From Moniliella sp. 'wahieum' (taxonomy: Eukaryota): DNA of 64,000 nucleotides. Where the stretch lies: the NCBI GenBank assembly GCA_003971905.1, contig RSEE01000042.1, positions 186,001 through 250,000 on the forward strand, given 5' to 3'. Shown piece after piece: positions 38,471-47,892 of this stretch. Each line of letters opens with the position of its first letter. Positions within the stretch are counted from its first letter, which is position 1. The notes beneath the pieces are model-generated. The model was not told the origin of the DNA, made no database searches, and worked only from the letters and a program-made list of their open reading frames with translations. The translations under genes and the position numbers were made by a program.

Positions 38471-40779
38471 ATGCTGCTGCGCGCCTCGCTTGCCCCGCTC
38501 GCGCGCGTGTCGCCGCGCCATGCGCCCACCATCGCCGCCGCGCTCGCCACGTCGGCCCGCGCCGCCCAGGCTGCCCCCGCCGACATCAAGATGATCAAGC
38601 TCACCATTGATGGCAAGGAGATCGAGGTGCCGCAGGGGTACGTCCGTCGTCTCGTCTCCGTCCTCCTCCCCCCCCTCCTGTGCCCATGTCCGCTGACCTA
38701 GCCTCCGCCCAGCACCGCCCTGATCCAGGCGTGCGAGCAGGCCGGCGCCCAGATCCCTCGTTTTTGCTACCACGAGCGCCTCAACGTTGCTGGCAACTGC
38801 CGCATGTGCCTCGTCGAGAGCAAGGGCGCGCCCAAGCCGCTCGCCTCCTGCGCCTTCCCCGCCATGCCAGGCCAGGTGATCAGCACCACCTCGGCCAAGG
38901 TCAACTCGTGGCGTGAAGGTGTGATGGAGTTCCTGCTGTCCAACCACCCGCTCGACTGCCCAATCTGTGACTGGGGTGGTGAGTGCGACCTGCAGGACCA
39001 GTCGATGCGCTACGGGCTGACCGCGGCCGCTTCCATGAGGTCAAGGGCAAGCGCGCGGTGGAGGACAAGTACATGGGCCCTCTGGTCAAGACGGTGATGA
39101 CACGTTGCATTCACTGCACCCGCTGCGTGCGCTTCTCGAACGAAATTGCCGGCGTCCAGGAGATGGGTACGACGGGTCGCGGGAACGACCTGCAGATCGG
39201 CATGTATGTTGAGCAGGTGCTCAATTCGGAACTGTCCGGCAACGTGATTGATCTGTGCCCTGTGGGTGCGCTGACAAGCAAACCTGGTGCGTTCCATTCG
39301 CGTCCGGGGAGCTGAGAAAACACCGAATCGATCGATGTCCTTGATGCCGTCGGCTCCAACATTCGCGTCGATTCGCGCGGTGTGCAGGTCATGCGCGTTC
39401 TGCCCCGCACGAACGACGATGTGAACGAGGAGTGGATCAACGACAAGACGCGCTTTGCTGTTGATGGCCTCAAGTACCAGCGCTCACCGCCCGCTCATTA
39501 AGCAGGGCGACCGCTTTGTTCCAGCCACTTGGCCCGAAGCACTGGCATCTGTTGCTGCGGGCTGATCTCAACCCAGGCCGAGGGAAATGAGATCAAGGCG
39601 GTGGCGGGTGCGTTGGCAGACACCGAATCATTGGCCGCACTCAAGGACCTAATCAACCGTCTGGGTTCGGACGACACGGTCGTGGATCTGCCTGGCGGGG
39701 ACAAGACCAGCATCAATGGTGTCGATATTCGCTCCAACTACTCGTTCAACGCTGGCATTGCTGGCATTGAAGATGCAGATGTGGTGTTGCTGGTCGGCAC
39801 GAGCCCGCGGCACGAAGGCACTCTGGTCAATGCCCGTCTGCGCAAAGCCTTCCTCCGTCTTGGGCAGGACCTGGGATTGGTGGCGAGCCAGAAGATTTGA
39901 CGTACGACTATGCGCACGTAGGCACGGACGCCAAGGCGCTGCAGGAGGCTTTCACTGGCTCTTCTGAGTTTGCGCAAAAGTTCCAGGCGGCCAAGAAGCC
40001 GATGATCATTGTGGGCAGCGCGGTGCTGGAAAACCCAGACGGCAAGCACATCCTCAGTGGCATTGCCCAGCACATCAAGGACCACCAAGCGCAATTCCTT
40101 ACGCCCGAGTGGAACGGACTTAGCATTCTCCAGCGCACCGCCTCCCGCAACGGAGCAAACGAGCTTGGGTTTGCCCCCTCTGAGGCGGCGGAGAAAACGG
40201 AGCCCAAGTTCATTTACCTTCTCAATGCGGATGACTTTGACCCTGCCTCGATTCCCGAGGAGGCATTCGTTGTGTACCAAGGACACCACGGTGACGTCGG
40301 CGCGCAGTATGCTGATGTTGTTCTGCCTGGTGCGGCCTATACCGAAAAGAGCGTCACATACGTCAACACTGAGGGCCGGACCCAGCTTACCCGTGCTGCT
40401 GTACCTCCTCCCGGTGCGAGCCGTGAGGAATGGAAGATCGTACGTGCCTTGTCGGAGGTACTGGGCGTGACCCTACCGTACGACAGTACGTTGGAGCTGC
40501 GGGACCGCCTGTTTGACCTGTCCCCCACGTTGGTGCGGTACGATGTGGCGGAAGCGACCAGTCCCGAAACGGCGCTCTTGGGTCTGGACCAACTGATTGC
40601 GAGCGGCAACCTGGCCCAGGCGACGGGCGTACCGTGACCAACCCGATCAAGAACTTTTACCAGACCGATCCGATCAGCCGCGCATCGCCGACGATGGTCA
40701 AGTGCGTCAAGGCGTTTATCGAAAAGCTACCGCGGGAGCAGATCGAGGACCCGCTGCCCCTCATGCACGCCTGGGGTAG
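38471..40779 (+). CDS. NDUFS1: NADH:ubiquinone oxidoreductase 75 kDa Fe-S subunit (complex I)
   Basis: Mitochondrial presequence [13 protein letters not shown], then [53 protein letters not shown] and IDLCPVGAL. Intron ~38638..38712. Stop position uncertain. Confidence 0.97.
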
Positions 40780-41368
40780 AGACCTAGTATCTACATCCTG
40801 GGCAGCTACCATAATGCATCCATCTGTTCGCAGTCGTTTTACCCTGTAGAACGACACCACTCAGAGAGAGCCAGACACAACCTCAGTATTCAGTCCACAA
40901 ATTGTGGGGCAGCGCGCCTCTCGAGAAGAGTAGGCACCGGTGTGAAGATAGGTTCAGCTTTAAGGTACATCGCTCACCGAGCCCGTGTCCCCCACAGAAT
41001 CCGAACCACCTTCATTAACGACCCGCCAGAGGCTACTTGCTGGTGGTCTAGTGGGATTTGTTTGTTTCAATTGCAAGTGCCATTGAAGATGGATTGGCAA
41101 AACCGGGGGAAACAGACAAAAACAGGCAACGCGTGACGTGGGACGTGAAACCTTCATTTTGGCGTCTCTTTCGCCGAAAGCGTGATCCACAACCCTGTCG
41201 AGCAATGATCAAGTGCGTGCCGCAGCAGGGTGCCAAAACACTCCTGCAGTGCCAGGACGTAGCGACTTTTACAACCCTACCGTTCTGTCTCTTCCAGCTT
41301 CAGGGTGCTTCGCTTGGCTCTCGAGCACCTCCGCCTCCTTTCCTCCGTCGACGGCCAACAAACCGAAG

Positions 41369-41572
41369 GTGTGTACACCAGGATTCCTTTTGAGGGCAGC
41401 GTACGGAAAGATGGCTGTCGATATTGTGGCCACCTCGGTGACGCTCGACCTGTGTCAATCCGCACCCTGGGGCTGGCCATGGGTTGCGGCGGGCAGCCTG
41501 CCTTTTATGTATCCGCGAACGAGCGATGAGAGAGGGAATGGGCGTGATGGCTGACTTGCTTTACGTTGACAG
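41369..41572 (+). other. 5'-UTR intron of RPL23
   Basis: AAG|GTGTGT donor, GCTGAC branch at ~41550 and TTGACAG acceptor, 11 nt upstream of the ATG. Confidence 0.65.
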
Positions 41573-41583
41573 AATAACTCAGA

Positions 41584-42046
41584 ATGCCCAAGGGTGCGCA
41601 AGGAACCAAGTACCGCATGACCCTCGGTCTCCCCGTGGGTGCCGTGATGAACTGCGCTGACAACACGGGTGCCAAGAACCTCTTTGTCATTGCTGTGCAC
41701 GGCACGGGTGCGCGCCTCAACCGTCTGCCCGCCGCCTCGGCCGGTGACATGTTTGTCGCTTCGGTCAAGAAGGGCAAGCCGGAGCTCCGTAAGAAGGGTA
41801 TGTCACGACTCCTTTTTGTTTCTTTTTCGATGATGACTGACATGCTGGGACAGTTATGCGGCCATTGTCATCCGTCAGCGCAAGACGTGGCGGAGGAAGG
41901 ACGGTGTGTTCCTCTACTTCGAGGACAACGCTGGTGTGATTGTCAACCCCAAGGGCGAAATGAAGGATCGGCCATCACTGGCCCGTGGCCAAGGAGTGCG
42001 CCGATCTCTGGCCCGTATCGCCTCCAACGCCGGCACTGTTGTTTAA
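41584..42046 (+). CDS. RPL23: 60S ribosomal protein L23 (uL14)
   Basis: [33 protein letters not shown] and [21 protein letters not shown]. Intron 41798..41853. Confidence 0.97.
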
Positions 42047-44773
42047 GCGTTCTGTCTGTCACGTTGGGCATGATGCTGTACGGAGTGCTATTCTAGAACA
42101 GATCCTCCTCGGTTAGCGCTCTTGTCCTTCTATGTTCCGTGTGGTGTGCTCATTTCAGTGCACCCATCATGCTTTCCCCCGCATGCCCCCCCATCCAAAA
42201 TTGACATTGGCCTCGGGTCTTTGGCCGTCCCCCCTCCCCGTTGTCTGTTTCCTCTAGCTCGATGTCGTTAAACCAATAGTGGGAGTTCGACTAACGAGTC
42301 CAACGGAGGCTGTGAGATCAGGTTGCCAGATGGATCTGATCGTCAAAGGTTCCTTCATGGTCCCGCGACATCCGTAACAGTTATAACAGGCTCACGGACG
42401 CATAAGAGCTTGTTTGCCCCTCATTTCAATTTCGCCTTCCGATCCCACCCAGTATTCTCTTCCACCTTTTCGTTCCTCTGCTGTCTTAATAGAGAAGTCG
42501 TTTAACGCGGCATGTTCCCTTGTTGAAGAACTCATCAACCCCCCATGACGATATCCATGATGCCGCCGTGTGCCCACTCAGGTTGAACGTTTGAACCATT
42601 ATACTTCGATCATTTCACGCAGCCATGTTGGGTTCTTACTAGGCCTATTTGGGCCTTATTGGCATACGATCTCAGCTTTGGGTCAATAGTAGCGAACGTC
42701 CTGGTCCACCCGACTATGGAGACCGTAATGGATGCTGATGTGTTTGGGACAGTAGCATAGGCGTTCATGCGGGCGAGAGAGAGGCGCTGGTGGTCGGAAG
42801 CAGGACGAGGGCTATAGGAGAAGGCTACTAGTCGTTGGCTTACGAGTGTACGCGCGCATCAGCAGTCTTCGGGGAGCCCAGGAGCCTCGGGCTGTAGTGA
42901 GGTCGAAAGTGCACCGCGATCAGCCATGAAGCCAGTCACTGTCGCAACACCATACAAGAGTCAAGAGGACAATGCGCTGTCTTTAATTGATGGTTGTGGA
43001 CCAACGGAAGTTCTCCAAGTACTAATGTGTTCTTCTCAGCCACTCTCACCGTGGATTCCCCAATTCTAAATGTTCCATTCTCCATTCTTCGTAGCCACAG
43101 TAAATGGTTTTTGGCCACGCACGGTATGTAATTCCCATAATTGCATCCGTGGGGACAATCTTCTCGCCACTCACTCTCTCGTCTTGGTCATTGGAGACGA
43201 TTTTGACATATGACATCATACTGGGGCCGTAAGCTCTTTCAATATCAATGGGAACCATGCGACCCCTACGTCCGTGTTAATGACGTTCACACGCTTATTC
43301 CCTAACCGGTAACCCCCATCTTTTTCAAGTGCACACGCTATCCTAAGGCCTAAGGCATATAACTTAGAATCGTTTCTTCTTTGAATCTATGTGATGGTAA
43401 CGGTTGGTACGGGCACCCGCTCCAGACACTCTGTCGTTGGGCATATATGGGCATCGAACGCTCTGCCACATACAATGTGGAAGGCCGTTAGCTCGTATAG
43501 CGCCTCTTGTGTTTTCTCTTGAATCTCCGCTACGCATCCTTCCTTTGAGAATGGGAGCGCGGGACCCTTTTTCTGGACGGTTAGTTTAGGGGTATAAACC
43601 CTTGGACAGATCAATCGGTAGCTCGACATTAGGTCCTCCTCCAGATCCTGGTTGAACCGAGCGGGTGTAGAGAGGCGAGGAGAGACCCTTAGTTTTGGTG
43701 GCGCGCTGCGTGCAAAGGCCGCAGTCCAGACCTCCGAGGGGTAGGAGCCGCGTACGTAGGTAGTTAGACCAGCTGAAGGGGTCCAGGAGCTCCGAAGTTA
43801 TCCTCTGTTCTCGCAGCGTTATCACACTCGGTACGCTTAGCTGGCGGGGAACAGACAGAGTCCTAGAGAAGAGCAAGCGCTACTGATGAGGAGTAACCGC
43901 GGCTTGCAGTGCACTCGACGGAAGTCGTAAATTCGTAAGCGTAAGGGTAGTAGAAGGTGGAAGGCGAGAGAGGAACTGGTGGTATATAGTCGGGGGGAGA
44001 CCAAAGGTAGAGGACCAGGATAGTCGACAAGGACCACAGCTAGCAAGCCTTAGACATGGCTGCTTATAATACGCAGAGGGAACCAGGTCTCAAGTGCCTT
44101 CATGACAGATTGCGGGAGGGCACTTCCAGAGAGGTAAATACTAATGCACAGCGGGCCCTTGCTCTCCAAGGCGCTGCGCTGCGTAGTCGCGCAGCATCAA
44201 GGGTCTGACAAGACTGGGCGCATTGGGCACAAGCATCGTTGCCGATAACCCATGATGCGACCATGGCGGGCGTGATGATATCCGCAGCAAGGATAAGGTG
44301 TCGACTGGCTCTCTCTCGCTAATCTAACCGGACTGACGCGTGTTGGGCTGAGATGTCTACGACATGCGGGGCTCAGCGTCCGGAGATAACCGGAGCGCCC
44401 CGTAACAGCGTTACACTTTTCCTCGTTCCCGTGTTGGGATAGTGTATGTGCAGACTGGAGGGTATCTTACCACCGAGCAAGGGCCAACCAAAAGGAGATT
44501 GTGAAGACTGATGAATCGAGATAAGAGAAACTGTGATGGCCACGTACTGATAGTATAGACCGCACGAAAGCCACTAGGACTCATCGCATTCAAACTGCGA
44601 GGAGAGAAGACGAAGTATTACATGACCATTGCATCAACATTGAAGTTCAACGTTCAACACGCACCAACTAGTACGCATCACGTACGCTGCACCCCTCTTT
44701 TTCCGGCTTTTTCCAGGAGTGCGATGAATGTGCTTGTGACAGCCGCTGTGCCAAGATTTAGGCCTCAACAACG

Positions 44774-45088
44774 CCACCATAGCAATTAGTGTTAGAGGTA
44801 CTGCTAGGGTTCTCCTGCGCGGCCCTCAATGGATCGGTGACGCTCGCCTAGCCGAGCGGAAGCGTTCCGCTCGCAGGCGCGCACGCCCTGCTCGCTCCAT
44901 CTCCCTTCTCTCTCTCCTTTCTCTCCTTCCCTTCAGACGTTGCTTGAAGACTTGTGGCTTCCCACTTTGCCTTCACGCCTTGTCTGAAGGTACGCCTCTG
45001 CTTCCTTTCTTGACCTGTTGCTCCTCACAATCAGACGTTGCTTGAAGACTTGTGGCTCACCACTTTGCCTTCATGCCTTGTCTGAAGG
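44774..45088. repeat. dispersed structured element, locus A, with two tandem copies of a 58-nt hairpin (44933..44990 and 45031..45088)
   Basis: Hairpin copies are identical at 55/58 nt. Terminal inverted repeat CCTTCAGAC/GTCTGAAGG. Homologous to 53780..54000. Confidence 0.85.
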
Positions 45089-47892
45089 CTGCTTTGCAGC
45101 TGATCCATAGGATCGCGAGTGCTCCCAAGTCGCACTCTAGCAATTAGGAACCGAAAAAAACTGGACTTTCGTATCGAAAAAGCAATTCAAAATTAAAGCA
45201 GATCATATGAAGAAGGTATGAGCAGCACATGCTGAGCTTTTAAGTGTGGGCTGTAAGCTCTGTAAGGGAGAACCTGGGGGAGCCTGGTGAATCCGGTGGA
45301 TATAGGTGACTAGTGACTGTGGTGACATTTAACGACTATATAGTGACTAGTGTTGACGTTGAGCGTTGAACGTACGTGTTGAACGTTGAACATTGACTAG
45401 TGACTATAGTGACGGGTGACGTGTGACTGGTGACTAGCCTGACTGGTAGTCCTAGTTGAAAGAGTGGGGGCTAGGGTGAAGCACTAGACCGGGCGATCAA
45501 TGGGTGAGCGCGACAAATCGGTCACACCAGTGAGAGCCCAGAACCGCGGTTGCCCGTTAACTGAGAAGTAGCTACGCTACCAAGCTAAGGACGATTGCAC
45601 TGTGCAGGGTGGGAACAGCCAGAGACAGCTTCTTGTAAGCTCCTGACGCTAGTCCAACCTTCAATGCAACAGGGAGAAGAGGAACGAGGGGAACGAGGGC
45701 GCGACGGTAACCAATCCGGAGCGCGCGAGTCGCGGAACTCTATAGCCAGTTCCGCTTGCCAGCGACATGGCCGATCCAGCCATCACACCAAGTGGTGCCA
45801 CATGCCACCACACTCCAACACTAGTGCATGATGTATGGCAGGTCCCTTATAGCCACAACAAGTGCACACTTACCATATGGTCCCACGGTATACGCTCCGC
45901 CCCTCCATATAGTTGTCTTCGTTTGTCTTTTAGCAATGGTTCTTCGGTTGCCGGTAAGGCGGCAACAGGTAATGAAGGCGTAGCGCTTAGCAAGCGCTTT
46001 TATGGTAGTGTCATGGATTTTTTCTGAATCTATGAGATGGATAGACCGAGGAGGCAAGCCCATACGGGCATGCGGAGAAGAATCGGTAGTCCATCAATTA
46101 CATCAGTCTTCAAGCCTGTGAAGACTTTTGTGATGAGCGTCGTACGTTGAATACTGGGAAACGGGGCCTCTCAACGTCAAAAGCGTAGTGGTATCGTCAT
46201 CGCCACACGTCATGACGCTGTGGAGCGTGGGTAAGATTATGGCCCACTCACGCGAGGAGAGACCTGAGGCTCAGGCCTGAGGGCTTGAGGCGGGCCAGGG
46301 TAGGTTTGAGGGGCCTAGTATGCTCGAGTCCTCAGACCTGGGCCTTCGGTCTTAGGCCTCAATATTCAATGCGCTCAAGCTTCTTGAGCTCGTCAAGCTT
46401 CAAGCTTCGAGGCGCTGAAGTGTTCGATACGATATGTAGATGTTTTGATTATGTGACGGATACTAATGTCTGCGGGTCACTGGCGGACTGATCGATCATG
46501 CACATGTTGGCTGCTTTTGCCGGCATTCGCTTGAGGCCTCGCGGGGCATCACCATCCCCTGGCACAGGTGCCGAGGATTCAATATTCAAGCTTTCAAGCT
46601 CCAGGCTGCTGATGCCTGAGCCTCAGACCTTAGACTAGGGCCTTAGCCCTCTCAGGCTCTAGGCCTTCCGGATACCATGAATGGCGCCAGCCACAGTAGT
46701 AGGGTGTGTGTACACGATGAACCCATGTCGAAGATGGGGGGTTGGACGACATTGATCCGTCATCGCCCTATTGGAGACAAGAAATTTGGGAGGGTACATT
46801 CGCCCCCTGCTTCGTCAGCATGTAATATGTACTTGTTTGTCTTCTTTGACGGTATAGCCCCGACCAAAACGGTCGACACGAGGCTTGTGGACCCCACAGA
46901 GAGGGCACCAGAAAAGGCGCCGTGACCCTACTGGATTGTAATGACATGGGAGGAGGTGTGAAGCTTGAAGGGTGAGACATGAGGCCTGTGAGGCCCGAGG
47001 CGGAGAAAAGAGCCCGCTCTTCACTCTGCGGACGACATGCCGTTGACGGGGGTGAAGGTGGGATGCAGGCTACTACCCAGCCTCTTCGAGGCAGAGGCTG
47101 TGAGTTTGTGGCGTATTCAAACACCCATGGCACCCAGACTCAAGTACTCATCGATCATGAACGCATCTCAACGTAACACTCGCCCACGGCGAGTGGCGCT
47201 GGTTTCTGCACCCTGGCCAGCCAGCCTCCCAACCAGCAGGGCTTGCTTTGTTTTGTTCAAACACCCCGTCCGGCAACAGCTTCAAGCTTCATTGGCCGAA
47301 GGGTCGGGGACGCTGAGCATCGGCTTCCGCTGCGTTGAGCACGTTGAGTGCTGCCACCACCACCACCTCCCGCGTCGGCTTCGGCCTCCACCCTCCTCTG
47401 CGGCCCATTTTCATACGCATTCGCCCTCCTCCCGTCTCGCCCCACCTTGAACGAACAGGCTGCGCCCCTTCTTCCTGCCATTGCCCTGGTGGCCAACATC
47501 CTCAGCATATCAACGGATCAGTGCCTCCGTGCCTCAGCACCTCAGCACCTCAGCGCCCGCCGCCATTCAGCACGCCGGGGCCTGCAGGCAGCCCGGTTTA
47601 ACAAAGCTTACTCTCCCACTCCCGTAGAGGCGTGATCTTTCTTCCTTTTCCTTTTCCCTTCCCCTCCCCTCCCCGCCTCTCCCTCTCCCCTTCCATCTGC
47701 TCGAAAGCGCGCCAATTCAGCGCGTGCCATGTCTGTGCCCCGCACACGTTTTCCTCATCCGCCTCATTCGTTCTGAGACGTTCGTTTCTGCTTCGTAATT
47801 CACCACCGAACACCATCAATCGAAGCGGAAGAGCGTTGAGCTCAGCTCTAATCACTCCTCGCCATGCCTCCCTCCCCCACCCCCCGCTCAAC

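Noticed and set aside
41436..41447. 12-mer CGGTGACGCTCG shared between the RPL23 UTR intron and the dispersed element
   Set aside because: No flanking similarity; one 12-mer match to a ~220-bp GC-rich element within 64 kb is plausible by chance.
43883..44550. CTGATGA motifs (43885, 44508; also ~27444 and ~27680) as hammerhead ribozyme cores
   Set aside because: No copy has a properly closed stem II followed by GAAA together with a pairing stem I.
44930..45088. Hairpin copies as SECIS elements, C/D snoRNAs or CRISPR repeats
   Set aside because: TGA pairs Watson-Crick with TCA rather than forming a GA quartet, and the helix length does not fit a SECIS. TGAAGA...CTGA are too close and base-paired for a C/D RNA. 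There are only two adjacent copies and no cas genes in a eukaryotic context.
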